DNA of 64,000 nucleotides from the human T2T-CHM13v2.0 reference genome, Homo sapiens, in NCBI RefSeq assembly GCF_009914755.1, contig NC_060932.1; one strand, given 5' to 3'. The notes below the pieces were generated by a model, which saw only the letters and a program-made list of their open reading frames with translations, did not search any database and had not been told where the DNA came from. The translations under genes and the position numbers were made by a program. This document shows, in pieces, positions 28,886-53,094 of this stretch; the stretch's first letter is position 1; each line of letters begins with the position of its first letter.

Positions 28886-28938
28886 ATGGCAGCTCTTACT
28901 CCAAGGAAGAGGAAGCAGGATTCTTTGAAGTGTGACAG
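28886..28938 (+). CDS. ESCO2: ESCO2 exon 2 coding part (exon starts 28870) MAALTPRKRKQDSLKCD
   Basis: ttttag acceptor, AAAATGG start, AG|GTGAAT donor; 53 nt. Confidence 0.96.
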
Positions 28939-29691
28939 GTGAATCTCAGCCTGTGAATAGAAACTCTTAGAAAAATCCACCTTCTTGTCTCTCTTGTTCT
29001 CTCCTATTTTCTAAAATTTTCGTTCTTCCACTAGCCTACTCCTTGTGGCTACAGTGATAACCTGATAACCTATATTCTAATTCTAGCTTGGAAATACATT
29101 AAGTTTTCATAATGAATTATTTAGTCCTTTTCAAGGGAATCAAAGCTGTTTTTTAGTTTTTGTTTTTTTCTTTTGACATAGAAGCAGCACATTGAAGAAA
29201 GCTGTTTTCTATAGCTAGGAAATATACCAAATCAGCTATTACCTTTTTCCTTTCTGTTCCCCTATAATATTTTACAGTGTTTTGCATACAGTAGATGCTT
29301 GTCTGGAAACAATTCTAGAAAGACTGTGTACTCAGATATTAATTACTCTACCCAGGAAAAGCCCCAGGGGGTCAGTTCATTACAGACAGTTATTATAGGG
29401 GGCTTGTAGACAATAGAGCAAAATATATGAGCTATAATTTATATATGGCCAACACATAGAAATCGATTTTAAAACATACATGCATATATGTCTATCATAG
29501 CTTCTTTGTATATAGTATTTGTTTTCATGAACTCTTTGGGAAGATATTTGAATGTTTTATTTGATAAAGACAGAATTTGAGAATCCTACTGTTAAACTAA
29601 TAGAAAATTGTGTGTATGGGGGGTACATGTATTGTTTTTAATATGACCTACAAGTAGAGCTTACTTAGCAGTAGATTTATGTAAATTTTGA

Positions 29692-30561
<870 letters not shown>

Positions 30562-30676
30562 TAAAAATGGCTGTATAACAAAACTTCAGTATAAATGACA
30601 TAGTTGAATAAAATTTTATTTTCTGGACTGCTTTTATAAAGCCAGATAGCATAGTGTTTAGTTACTGTAAGGAGTT

Positions 30677-30970
30677 TATTTATTTATTTATTTTAAGACA
30701 GGGTCTTTCTTTATGACCCAGGCTGTAGTGCAGTGGCACACTGCTCACTACAGCCTCAACCTCCTAGGCTCAAGCAATCCCACCTCAGCCTCCCAAGTAG
30801 CTGGTACTATAGATGCACACCACCTCACCCGGCTAATTCTTGCATTTTTTGTAGAGGCTGGGGTTTCACCATGTTGCCCAGGCTGGTCTCGCACTGCTGG
30901 GCTATAGTGATCCACCTGCCTCACCCTCCCAAATTGCTGGGATTATGGGTGTGAACCACTGCACCTGGCC
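30677..30970 (-). mobile_element. AluJ
   Basis: Antisense diverged Alu. Confidence 0.9.
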
Positions 30971-32290
30971 CAGCCACATTTTAAGTTCTCAATAGTTACA
31001 TGTAGCTGGTGGCTACCATATTAGACCATGCTGGTCTAGAACTTCTGTTGCTGACCTCCTGTTTATATCCTTCATCAGAAAAAAAGTTGAGTTTTGTGGG
31101 GCAGCTAGGGGCAGAAAGCCATTGAAGCAACCTTAAGAGAGGTTGTCTCCAGATCAGGGCTTCCATGTATGGTGGCTTGTTTATATTCATCACAACCCTT
31201 GTAGCTGGAGAAATGATAGGCTTATATGATACCCAGTACACTCAGGCTTATAGTCATGTCTTTCCTAACCCACCTCTCATCATTGCCTTCCTCACTAGTT
31301 TCTCTCAAATTCAACCCCAGTCCATATCTCTCGTAATCACCTAAATTTCAAACCTCAGTGGCAAAGATAATAAATTGGTGGCCAGTAAACCAAATCTCAC
31401 CCATAAATGTTTTGCTTGGCCTACATAATTTAAAAGTTGGAGCCAAAATTATTTTTAAATACAAGAAAAACATTTCTGGTGTCTCATGAAATATTGAAAG
31501 CTGAGCCTTCATTTCTACATGGCAATAATCAGAGCTGAATATCAGGCTGAGTATCATACCATTTGACAAATATGGGTTCTTCATTTCTCTAAGTCAGTGT
31601 ATATCTATCTATTTAGATCAGTTTAGTTTTGATCATTTTACTTACTGCTGCCCTTGTAAGGCATTTAAGTTTTTAGTCCTCACTGTAAATGTTTGTTTTT
31701 TTTCCTGTTTATCGAGTATGGCCAAGTAGATTGTTAAATGAGATACGTTCTTGCTAGCTAAGCCATGACAGTCTAATTTTACTAATTCATTTTCTGTTTA
31801 TATCAACAAAACACTTCTGTGTCTTGATAGGGATTTTGATTACAAGAGTAAGCTTTATCAAAATGTATTAAACTGTGCTTTATACTTATACATTTGTATG
31901 AAAATTAAGTTTTTTGAAAGTTTGGGGCGTAACTCAAGCTAAAATTGTCTCAATCCAGTAAAACAAAGGAAGAGTCTGCAGTTTCCCCATGCATCTCCTG
32001 ATGATTATTCTTATCTGTTTGGTACAGCCTGGTGGTGTACCAAATGAATGGTGACCTGATGAATTCTCTGTAACCAGTGTAACAGAGAATTCTGTAATTC
32101 TCTTTTCTGTCTTATTTTCTTTTTCTTAGCTTCACTTTACGGGTTTGGTATTGAGTTAGTTTTCAGTAGTTTGGGAAGCTGGGCTTTTGTGCATTTTAAA
32201 TTTGTGGAACGGGGCTATGCTCTTTCAAGATTTTGCTAAATACCCATGTCTGGGATTCGTCTCTGCTAGCTAAGGGCGAATCTGATTTTC

Positions 32291-32583
32291 TGTTTTTTTA
32301 TTTTGAGATGGAGTCTCACTCCGTTGCCCAGGCTGGAGTGCAGTGGCATGATCTCAACTCACTGCAACCTCCGCCTCCCAGGTTCAAGCAATTCTCTGCC
32401 TCAGCCTCCCAAGTAGCTGGTATTGTAGGCACCGGCCACCACACCTGGCTAATTTTTGTATTTTTAGTAGGAACGGGGTTTCACCCTCTCAGCCAGGCTG
32501 GTCTTGAACTCCTGACTTTGTGATCCACCTGCCTTGGCCACCCAAAGTGCTGGTATTACAAGTGTGAGCCACCGCGCCTGGCC
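32291..32583 (-). mobile_element. AluS
   Basis: TSD GAATCTGATTTT. Confidence 0.93.
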
Positions 32584-33005
32584 GGTGAATCTGATTTTTG
32601 TGAGGATACCCTTTCCCCAACTCATGGAGCCCTGAAAAGTGTTAAACTGATGGGTTATCCCACCTCTGCTGGGATATTATGGTTTTGAGTAGAAGTTCTA
32701 CTTTAACCAAGAGTTTTTTTCCTTTTTCCCCAAGCTATATATTCCCTAGTAATTCCCAAATTAGTATGAGGGAAATCTGTCAGGATTTTTTTCTACTTTG
32801 CTTTTCCCACATTCCTGCTACTCTCCAGTGACTCTAGAATGTTCTTTCCTTAGCTGCTGATTTTTAAAGTTTATGGCAAAAAGTTGTCCCTTTCCAGTTT
32901 GGTGGCTGCTGGGGAAACTTTTGCCATTTTTACTGGCTTTTTTGTTCATTTCATTATGGAAGTGATGGTCTGTAATCATTCTGCCATCTCTGTCAGGAAG
33001 TATAA

Positions 33006-33347
<342 letters not shown>

Positions 33348-33532
33348 TAAAGGTAATGTACGCTTAGTGAATACAGGGGAAGTTTTCCTAAAAATAGTTT
33401 GAAAATTGATTGAAAATCACATTATGAAATGTAATTCATAATAAACCAAATCTTTTGTTTTAGAAATAGATCTGCTGGGATTCATTCACTAGAAAATAGT
33501 TAAAAATTACAGATGTTTGGTTTTTTTTTTAA

Positions 33533-33655
<123 letters not shown>

Positions 33656-34784
33656 TGAATTTAGCTGCTTAAAATAATGCTTTATTACATACATTATACA
33701 ATAATAATTCTTGTAATTTCTGGGTCTTTCTTTTTTCAGTAGCGTGCCTGTGGTTAGTATCTTTGTTTATCTCTGTGACACTGTTTTCTGTAGTAAAGCA
33801 GTGCATTGCGTTTTGAAAAACAAGAAACAAGGAGATCCTAGGTTAAAATTTTAGACAAAATATTAGGCTTAATTGGTCTATGGCTGTGGCCAAGTTACTT
33901 AAGCTCTCTAGAGTTGAGTGTTCTCATTATAAAATCATACCTACTCTATCTTTCACCCAAAATAATAGAAGTTAAAACTATTATGTATATTTGTGATCAA
34001 AGCCCAATTGTGAGCAGAACTTACTAAGTTTTATAAGTGACACTGAAATTAAGCATCAAGAACCATGGATTTTTGTCTAGGTTTACTAATAATTAGCTGT
34101 ATGATCTAGGAAGATATCTCTAAAGAGTTAAAGTTAATTTTTAAATTCCTGTCAATTCTGAAATCCTATTCCTAATTTATGCTGTCAGTGTTCAATTAAA
34201 TAGCTTACTAAACTATGAATACATAAAGCTTTTTTTTATGATTCTGAGATATGATGTTAATAACTAGTATTTACTGAGTGCTGAATATAAGGCAGTGCTA
34301 AATATTTAGTATACGTTATGTTTTTCATAGATTGTGCTCAAAGCACTGATACAATAGAAAATATAACAAAAAGGCATCTACTTAAAATAGTTATAAATTT
34401 TTCTTTTAAAATATATTTTAGTACATTGTCTAAGTCAATTTAAAGAAAAATAGTGAATAAAAATAATACAAATGGTATAAGGATATGGGAGAAATCATAA
34501 AAGTAATATAAAAAGACCAAAACTTTATTACTTAATAACTACAGTTTATCATTTAATTCTCCCTACTACTCTAGGTCCTGATATGCCCATTTATAGATGA
34601 GGAAATGGACTTGGGTTAAGTAACTTACCAATAGCAGCTCAGACTTTCACCTGCCTTGGCCTTGTTTCTAGAGGATGAGCTCTAATTATTTTTCAATGCA
34701 AAGTTAAAGTTTGTTTTTTTAGCCCACTCTCAGCTTACTATTTTCCTCAAATCAATTGCTGTTTTAACTTTGCTCTTTTCTTTT

Positions 34785-37265
<2,481 letters not shown>

Positions 37266-37371
37266 ATCTTGATCTTGAGTATTATTTTGTCTTATTAACC
37301 TTTGAAATCTTATGAATTAAAGCTTTGATTTTATTTGGTAATACACATTATCATGATTTTTCCCCTACCAG

Positions 37372-37429
37372 TTTCTCCTAAGTCCACTGTCTATCCAATC
37401 TTCAGTGCATCTTCAGTCAATTCAAAAAG
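37372..37429 (+). CDS. ESCO2: ESCO2 exon 5 (58 nt) ISPKSTVYPIFSASSVNSK
   Basis: AG/GT, phase 1 to 2. Confidence 0.95.
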
Positions 37430-38369
37430 GTGAGAATTGTTATTGTTTTAAAGTCCAAGCCTTATAAATTATACAGTTCCTCTGGGTCTCTTTTTCAGTC
37501 TCATGCTACTTAATTTGGGGAGTTTTTTTTTCTTCCTCACTAAGGGGAATAGGAGAATAATATTGAGAATAGGGTGATGAAATCAGTCCCTCATAGAAAC
37601 ATCATAAGAACTTAAGAGTTGAGAGATGGAAAAGATCTTTATATACTTGAGTAATAATAATTGCTAACATTATTATATAATACCTTACCCATAATAAGTA
37701 GTTTTATATCTATTATCTTAATTTTCACAACAACTTAGAAGTTAGATACTATTATTCTGTTTTCAGCCTAAGAAACTGTTAGTAATTTAGCCACAGTTGC
37801 CACAGCTATTAGGTGCTAGGACCAGGACTAGAATCCATATCTGAACCAAATGCCCATTAGGTTATATTGCCTTCCCTGGGTGATAGTATAGTAGCTACAA
37901 TTTAATAAGCATTTACAACTTCATGATGTAGGTACCATTATTACCCCATGTTGTAGATGAGAAAGCTGGCTGGAGGAGTAAGTAACTTGCAGCAGCTTAA
38001 TGTTATCATAAAGTATAGCTGAAGCTACCAGTACCCAAGCTAAAGACTGCAATGGAGGAGGCATGGATGGGTAGAGAGCATGATAGGCGGCAGAGCTCTG
38101 AAAAAGTAGTTTCTTATGGTCTAAACATCCTCTTCCTAAGCAGCTTTGATTCTTCTCTCCCCATTTGATTATAAATAACTCCAGATATTAAGCAAGGAAC
38201 TTCCCGGCTACATTTTCCTTACTCTCAGAGCACCTCACCTTAAATTGCCTCAGTGATTAGGATGGGTGCACAGCTTTCCCTCTTCAAAGGTTTGTTTCTA
38301 GTTTTTCTCACCTTTCCCATTTTTCACCTGTGTTGTCATCTTTCATGACCTTTTATTGAAGATGGGAGC

Positions 38370-38731
38370 TGTCTTAGTTCATTTTGTGTTGCTATCACAA
38401 AATACCATGGACTAGGTAATTTATAATGGACAGAAATTTATTTGGCTCACAGTTATAGAGGCTGAGAAGTTCGAGATCAAGCAGCCACATCTGGTGGGTG
38501 CCTTCTTGCTGCATGATCCCATGGCGGAAGGCAGAACAAGAGAGTGTGCATGAGAGAACAAGAGAGCTTGGCTTGCAGCCTCACATCCTTCAATAATCAA
38601 CATTAATCCATTCATGAAGGTGGAGCCATCATGAGCTAAACACCTCTTATTAGGCCCCACCTCCCAAAACTGTTGCACTAGAGATTAAGTTTTCACACAT
38701 GAACTTTGGGGGACGTGTTCAAACCATAGCA
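38370..38731 (-). mobile_element. MaLR solo LTR (MST/MLT1A type)
   Basis: TGTCTTAG...AAACCATAGCA with near-TSD GGAGC/GAAGC. Confidence 0.85.
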
Positions 38732-38791
38732 GAAGCCTACCACAATTAACTGATAAAAGTGTATACTAATTTAGTCTAGCATAAAGAGACA

Positions 38792-39107
<316 letters not shown>

Positions 39108-39547
39108 TTAAATAATATGATATTGCTCTTTTTGTAGACTCCAAAACGTCAGTTATCAGCAATTTGAGATTTAATCTATTACTTCAGATGATTACAGATT
39201 CTCAAAGTGCTTAGTCGCACATTTGTTTTTTGGTTTTTAAAATTCAATGAACATTTAGAGAGTATCACATGCTATTGAACTATACTGAGTTCTAGAGATG
39301 TGAAGATAATTAATGTGGTCTTGCTATCAAGGAGGTTATGGTTAGAGGAGGGTAGACATTTAAACAAATATAGTGTTAGAGTTGCTAAAATGGAAGCAAA
39401 GAGATGGCTGTCACGCATGCAGAGTCAGGGAGAGCCTAGCAAAGGCTGCATAAGGTGAAAAGGGTCAGTGACTTGAACAAGTGTTTTTTCATACTGTAGG
39501 AAGTAGCCCATTAGTAGTTCATCAGACCAGTTTAGGGTGTCATATCT

Positions 39548-39959
39548 TGTGACAGTTACTATGGGACTGAACGAAGGTGGACGAACGCAGAAATGAAGAC
39601 AAAGACAAAAGGATCTTTTTAAAGAAGGGGTCGGGAGCTCCTGCTAGTGAGCAAGGGCCCTGAGCTTTTACAGCCTTTTATATTTATTGGGTAGAAAGAG
39701 CAGGGAGGAGGAGGTAAAGGTCAGCTGCTTGATTTATCACAGGTTCACGTGATTGCTAACAGGCTTCAAATGTGCCTATAGATAATCGCAAGAAACACTG
39801 TGCCTGGGCATGACTGCCCTCAGCATTCCTTCTGGGTGGCAGATGCAGTTTGTCAGTTTGCCAACAACCTGCATTCATGATAACAGTTTGCTGTTTGCTC
39901 ATATAGCCTCCAGTGGTATACTGAGTTAGTCACAACCCTCATTCTTTTGGCCTCCAACA
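39548..39959 (-). mobile_element. ERV solo LTR, LTR22 (HERV-K HML-5)-like
   Basis: Reverse complement starts TGTTGGAGGCCAAAAGAATGAGGG...TATACCACTGGAGGCTATATGAG; minus-strand AATAAA at 39683-88. Confidence 0.7.
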
Positions 39960-41229
39960 ATAGCATTTATTTTTAGTGGAATAGTGTATCTCTCACACAG
40001 CAAGTATATTTAGTGAAACTTTGGTTTTATGTCTGTACTAGTCATGTGAAATGTATTTCTTAGCATAGATTTGTCAAGTCAGTTTGAAAACTACTTTTCA
40101 GACAAATGGTAAGAAGATAGCTTGACTTAGCTTAATGCAGTGGAGCTAATGCTCCACCTTTTTTTTTTTTTTTTTCTACTTTGTCAGGTTTTTTTTTTTC
40201 CTGTTGTTTGAACTTCTTACTTTTGGTACTAGGGTTTTTTTTTTTTTTCTTTCTTATTTACTTCTACTCTTTAGGGATTTCTACTCCTTTGGTCCCTGGA
40301 AAACCAAGGTCCTTTCATTACAAGGCAAGGGTTACAAACTCAGTACCTACAGAACCAGCAGGCTGGGTGGAGACTAGGGCCAGCTGAAGAATTGCCCACT
40401 TAAAAGGGCATGTGCTATTCCAAGTTCGAACTCATAGATTCTTTGATGGAGTAGAGGTTTAGTGATCTTACAATGTCTCTTAATATTGGAAATACACATT
40501 TTTAAGTGAAATCTCTAGATTTTAAAATATTGGTAGCTAATCCAAAGTTTTTAAATACCATATGGGCCAACCAAAACATATCTGCTAGCTAGATTTGGCC
40601 TGAGGGGCTCCAGTTTGCAACCTCTATAAGTGAATCTCAACATTCTTTCATAATAGGTAAAGGTTGTCTCAACTACAGCTATCCAGCCTAAATATGTTTT
40701 TGTTTTTTTTTTTTCCTTAAGAATTTCACAGTAGTGAGATGCTGCTTTTGGTATGAGGAAAAGCAAATTTAGAAGCTTCATTGCCCAGGTGCTGGGTCAT
40801 AATATGATGGTGACTCTGATTTCCTGTGGATCTGTGAAGTTCAGTATTATACTTATTTTCTCCAGTACCCCAGGAATTTCTTCATAGCTGTATGGGGTAA
40901 ATATTGTCCTAAGATTTGATAAAGCAAAAAAATCTTTTTTTAAAGGGCAAAGTCAATTTCCAAAGTGTGCATCTATGTGCATCTGATATTGTGGAAGAAA
41001 GTCCCTAGGACTTGGAGTCAGAGGACCAGGATTTGAGTGTTAACACTGCCATTTACTAGTTACTTTACCTTGAGTAAATTACTGACCCTCTCTGAGTAGG
41101 CCTCAGGTTTCTCTTTGTTCCTGTCCTTATTACTTCATCAAGTTAATGTCAGATAGAAAGCACTAAAAATTGCAAGGTACTCTGATAAATGGCTGCTTTC
41201 TTTCCCTTGTAATTCCTCCAAAATTGTAA

Positions 41230-41493
<264 letters not shown>

Positions 41494-41896
41494 TGACAGA
41501 ATGGGAGTTGTAGGTGGTGACATTGAATATTCTTGAATTTATCTGTGCTTTTCCTGCACTCTATTTTTTGTCAACTCTTGGGTCAAATAATTTTAATATT
41601 GTTTAAAATAATTTAATATTCTTAGCTGCTTAAGGAAAAATATTGTATAATTAATATAGAAGTCCTAAAATTTTTGCCCTCCCTGTTTGAAATAAGGCTT
41701 TTTCAGGTCTTTAAGGGTTTCATTAAAAAGTTCCGTTGTTCATTTTAGCTGTAATTTCCACAATTTAATCTTATTCTTTCTTAGAACCATGAGTCTAGTA
41801 AATAATCTTGTAAAAATAAAAAAATCTTTGGTTTTTACACTGTCCATTCAAATAATTCCCTTTCATCAATTTATTGCATTTTTAGGTCTCTTGTCT

Positions 41897-42032
41897 CTTT
41901 TTTTTCCCCCCCCAAAGAGATGGAGTCTCACCATGTCGCCCAGACTGGTCTCTAACTCCTTGGCTCAAGTGATCCACCCACCTCAGCCTCCCAAAGTGCC
42001 GAGATTACAGGCGTGAGCCACTGTGCCTGGCC
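41897..42032 (-). mobile_element. FLAM/Alu monomer
   Basis: Antisense left arm. Confidence 0.85.
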
Positions 42033-42220
42033 TGATCTCATTTCATTTTGTCTTGGGGGAGGGAAGGAGGATATGGTAACCAGATTTTCATTTAGTTTTT
42101 CACTTGTGTCAGCAGGAAAAAAAAAATTAGGTGAAATTTGAATGAATGGTTATAGGAACTTAATTTAGAGCTATTTGTGCTATATTTAAATGGGTTTCTT
42201 TTTTTACCCCCCAATTATAG

Positions 42221-42451
<231 letters not shown>

Positions 42452-42858
42452 TAATGATGATGTTTCAAGCTTACTATCTCAATTTAAGATAAATATTTTG
42501 TAAACACTGCATTCTGAGCAGAGCTGAACAGTCCAGATATACAAAATTCAGAGACTGCAGAGATACTCTCTTCCCACTATAGTGTTGTCTTTATAGGTAG
42601 CCTTAGGAAAAAAATAGCCTTCCCATGACTTCTCCAGGTTTTTTCTGAGAGGAGAGGTCCCACCCATTTATTAAACACCTTTCAAGTCCAAACACATCCT
42701 ATCATTGGCCCTATCTTTATGATTGTACCTGCTACTCAGATACATTCCTTTTTCCCTATTTTTATTGCCACGGTTAATGCCTTCACAATATTTTTAGCCT
42801 GTTTATTGAAATGGCTTGCTTTCTGGGTTCCCATAGTGCTACCAGAAATAACGTTTTA

Positions 42859-43262
<404 letters not shown>

Positions 43263-44474
43263 TCAACCTTTCCTATATATGTGCATATAAAATACATACA
43301 AAAGAGAAAGTGTGTATGTGTGTAGTTTAAATTCTTGCCCTCTCTGATCTGATCTCTACATCAGCCAGAAAGTTCTTTCTAAAACATAGGTTCTGACATT
43401 GTCTGCTTCAAATTTGACAGCTTTCTGTTGCACTAGGAATAAAACCCAGACTCCTTACCTTGGCTGACAGATCTCTTCATATTTGGCCCCTGCCCACCTT
43501 GTCACATGACACATTCCCTCTCCAGCTCTAAGCTCCTGCCGCTGGAATAAGCCACATTCTCTGATGAAGCCAGACTATACCATACGGGATTTCTTTCTTT
43601 AATTTGTGGAAACATACTGGGCATGTTATCCTTTATATATTTTGAATATCATTCCTGGGTTACAAATACATTCTCCCTGTCCCTTTTTTTAAGGTTTGAA
43701 TTTATATTTTTGATATAGTAATACTTTCACATGATTCAAATTTCACAGAATGCAAAAGTATATCCAGTGAAAAGTGTTTCTCCATACCCCTTCCAGAAAC
43801 CTCGTTCCCCTATCTATAGGCATCCAGCATTAACAGATTCATCTATATATCTTTCAGAGATATTTTCTGCATATACAAGCAAATACCATTACTTGGATTT
43901 TTTTAACCTTTTTGTGGTGTATATTGCTACAAAGAAAACATTTTTATTTAGCTAGTTTGTGACCTTTGGTTTCTTAAGTCAGGAACATCATCTCAGTCCC
44001 AAAATTAGTAAGTTTTTCCTATATTTAAAAAAATTTATAGCTATAAATTTTATATTTAGACATTTAATCCACTGGAATTTTTTCAAGACATAGTGTTAGA
44101 GATGGATCCTTATATTTTTCCTAAAGGACTGCAAAGTGTGCCAACATTACTGTTTGACTAGTTTATCTTCCACACTGATTAGCAATGCCACGTTTAATGC
44201 ATACCAAATTCCCACATATAAATGGGTTTGTTATTGGACACTTCTGCACCATCCATTTGTTCCTGTGCTAGTGCCATACTTTTATAAATGTAGCTTCATA
44301 CTGTATAGTTAGGTAAGTTCCCTTTCATCCTTCTCTGTAAAAAATGTCTTGACTTTTTCTGCACATTTACTCTTTCAATTAAAAAGCCTATCACATTCCC
44401 CCCAAATGAAAAACCTATTCGAATTTTTATTCAAACTAGTCAAACTAATGCCATTTTCTCTAGAGAAAAAAAAT

Positions 44475-44571
44475 CTTAGTATAACTTAGGAACTTAGTAT
44501 AGCACATACTATTATATAAACTTAGTATATACTGTAGTATAAACCTAGTGTATACTTAGAAACTTAGTATA
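44475..44571. repeat. Degenerate tandem repeat of (AA)CTTAGTATA
   Basis: CTTAGTATA at 44475, 44493, 44521 and 44563, plus variants. Confidence 0.75.
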
Positions 44572-45246
44572 CCTCTGATTGATTCATATCTTTGATGTCT
44601 TTCAGGAACATTTTATAGTTTTGTCATGGATCTTATTAAATTTATTTCTAATATTTCAACCTCATTTTTTCCAATCAGTCAGTTATACCAGATTTTTTTG
44701 CCATTCTCTGCACCTTTGCTTATTCAGTTAGTTGCCTTAGCCTGAAGGCAAGTTAACCACCTTCCCCATTATGCTCACTGACATCTTACCAAGGTTTTTA
44801 AACCCTTTTCAGTACCATAATATTTCAGTATCATTCAAAGACTAGGGCCACATGCCAAAGCACTATGCTGGGGGTTGAGATTAAAATAGTTGTAAGACTG
44901 CGCCCATCTGTGGTCTTGTCAAGCATAAGGGACAAACGTATAAGGACTTTTACTTAGCCTTTTCTTGGAATTTGGCTTATTCTTCTACCCCTCCCCTACC
45001 TGCCCACTGGTCTTGAACTCCTGACCTCAAGTGATCCACCCACCCGGGCCTCCCAAAGTGCTAGGATTACAGGTGTGAGCCACCGCACCTTTACCTCTTT
45101 ACCTTGTTTTATAGTCATATACATGTCTTCAGATAGGATATCAGCTTGTTGAGGCCAGATACCTGTTTTAGGCATCTTTTATTTCTCTTCCCACATTACT
45201 TTTAGTTGGATTTCATCTTCTTCTTTTTATATCTATTATTGTTTAG

Positions 45247-45486
<240 letters not shown>

Positions 45487-46041
45487 TGAAGTGCAAACTG
45501 CCTTTGCTGACAGATAATTCACTTGGGTACCTGCTTAATGATTACTTTCATAGCAATTTATACAAAACTAAGAATTGTAGGACAAAGGAGTAAAGAAGGC
45601 AGATAAGGCTCCACAGCTTATCTTTTATATTCATCTTTCCCTTGTGAAAGATAAACTAAGCTTTCAATGTTGAGAAATTAATGGCCCCCAGGGTCTATTT
45701 CTTATATTGGTGTTGCTTGTGTTTCTGAGGTTGAATGTTTAGCCACCGTGAATAATGAATAAAGCTAAAACAAATCTGTTTTAATGCTTCCTATTCCTTA
45801 TCCCTCCCAGGTGTCTCAATTTCTGCTGAAAGTGATCTTTAAAATAGGTTCTTAAAACCTTGTTTCCACAGTAGCAGCTACATGCATCAATAGTGAAATA
45901 ATTTTGGAGGTGTATAAATTTAAGAAATAGAAATTAAAGAGGCTAAAGTAACAGTAATCATACATTCTGTGTATATAAATATGTATAGTTTCTATTGTAC
46001 TTTTTAAAACATTCACCTGTCTTGGTTTTTAAAATCATTAG

Positions 46042-46215
<174 letters not shown>

Positions 46216-46669
46216 TAATTTGCAGGCAAAATAAAGAAAAGTTGGGAGAAGTCTCAGCATTTAAGATTGCTACCATTAATGACACTCTTCCTACTGAAAT
46301 ATCCTTGACCTAGTGGATAATTGAAGTTATTTATTTCCATTAATATTTGGAATTTTGCTTTGTATAAACAGGATAGGTAAGCCAGTCTTTTATGTTCATG
46401 TAGTCATTAACACAGCTGGATTATAAAGTCTAGTGATTTTAAGTAAACAAATCTATAAACTGAAATTTTTAAACATGTGGCTTAGTGAAGGTTAATATTT
46501 TTGGCAAAATAGTCATTACTTATCCCTTAATTAGAATCTAATTTAGGTACTAATTAGCAATGTTCTAGAAGACATGTAGTTTCTCCTTGTGTTATTAGAA
46601 GTTGGAGAGAAAAGCAGCTTTTTTGTATTTTTGCCAGTATAAGTGATCAGTTTGGCCTTTTCCTTCCCC

Positions 46670-51255
<4,586 letters not shown>

Positions 51256-51399
51256 GAGGCCTTTTCCTTCTTCGATCTCAAAGAAGTAGACTGTTATGTC
51301 CTGATAATAGGCAAGATGTAGCTAACTAACTGTTCTCTTCTACTCTCAGGTCAGAAACAATGTTGTGTTGTTCGTAATTAAAAACTAAATACACACCTG

Positions 51400-52520
51400 T
51401 CAGAAGGGTAACAGTAGGTAAAGAATTGAGACAATACCAAATGCTAGTGAGGATATGGGGAAACCAGATCTCTCACACCTTGTTAGTAGGAATGTAAAAT
51501 ATTACAGCCACTCTGGAAAAAGTTTTGAAGTTTCTTTAAAAACTAAACATAGGCCAGGCGCAGTGGCTCACACCTGTAATCCTAGCACTTTGGGAGGCCA
51601 AGGCAGGTGGATCACCTGAGGTCAGGTTCGAGATCAGCCTGACCAACATGCTGAAACCCCCCGCCTCTACTAAAAATACAAAAATTAGCTGGGCGTGGTG
51701 GTGCATGCCTGTAATCCCAGCTACTTGGGAGGTTGAGGCAGGAGAATCACTTGAACCCAGGAGGTGGAGGTTGCAGTGAGCGAGATCGTGCCACTGCAAT
51801 CCAGCCTGGGCCACAGAGTGAGACTCCGTCTCTTTAAAAAAAAAAAAAAACTAAACATGTATTTACTATATGATCCAGCCATTGTTCTCCTGGGCATTTA
51901 AGTAAAACAAAGGAAAACTGATGTACACACAAAAACCTGTACAAGAATGTTAATAGCAGCTTTATTAGTAATAGCCAAAACCTGGTAACAACCAAAGTGT
52001 CCTTAAATGCTTTAGGTGAATGATAAGCTATGATACAGCCATATGATGGAATATTACTTAGCTATAAAAAGTAACAAAGAATTGATACACTTAACAACTT
52101 GGATGAGTCTCAGGGGCATTATGCTGAGTGGGAAAAAGCCAATCTCAAAAGGTCATATGGTATATGATTTCATTTATATAATATATAACATTCTCATAGC
52201 CATGGGGAATAAATTGGTGGTTGTCAGGGACTGAGGATGGGAGAGGGGGTAGTGTGGATGTGACTATAATGAGGAAGAAGATCTTTGTGGTGACTCAATA
52301 GTTCTGCATTTTGATTGTGATGGTAGTTAAATGTATATACAGGTGTGATTAAGTGTCATGAAACTATACACACCATTATACCAATGGTAATTTCATGGTT
52401 TTGGTATTATACCAGTTATGGAAGATGTAATCATTGGGGAAAACTCAGGGAAGGATACATGCTCCTCTGTAGTGGTTTTTTTCAACTTCTTATGAATCTA
52501 TTTCAAAATAAAAATGTTTA
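51400..52520 (+). mobile_element. Old L1 3' fragment with AluS (51552-51850)
   Basis: 'MEYYLAIK...TTWMSL' L1 ORF2 C-terminal remnant. Confidence 0.8.
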
Positions 52521-52827
52521 AGAAACTTGAAATGCCAACCAAATTTCATAGTTAATAGATATAAATCTTCTTTAGTGTTACTGGTTTCTTTAGGTGGTCA
52601 TATATACATTTTAGGATGGAGAGAATGAGAGAGTTTTATATACTTTATTAAAAGGAAGAGTCTAATGTTTACAATTGTTTAAGAGGAAAGTCTCGTAATG
52701 CTATGGGACACACTAGAATTTGTGAATGTCTCAACACCACTAGTTTTTTTAAAGCATTGTGTGACTAAAGGGATAAGAATTTAAGAAATAGAAAATATTT
52801 TTTAACATACTTGGAGATATAAGTTAA

Positions 52828-53094
<267 letters not shown>

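Noticed and set aside
44475-44571. Repeat-spacer pattern as a CRISPR-like array
   Set aside because: Repeats are 9-11 bp with irregular non-unique spacers in primate intronic DNA; no cas genes.
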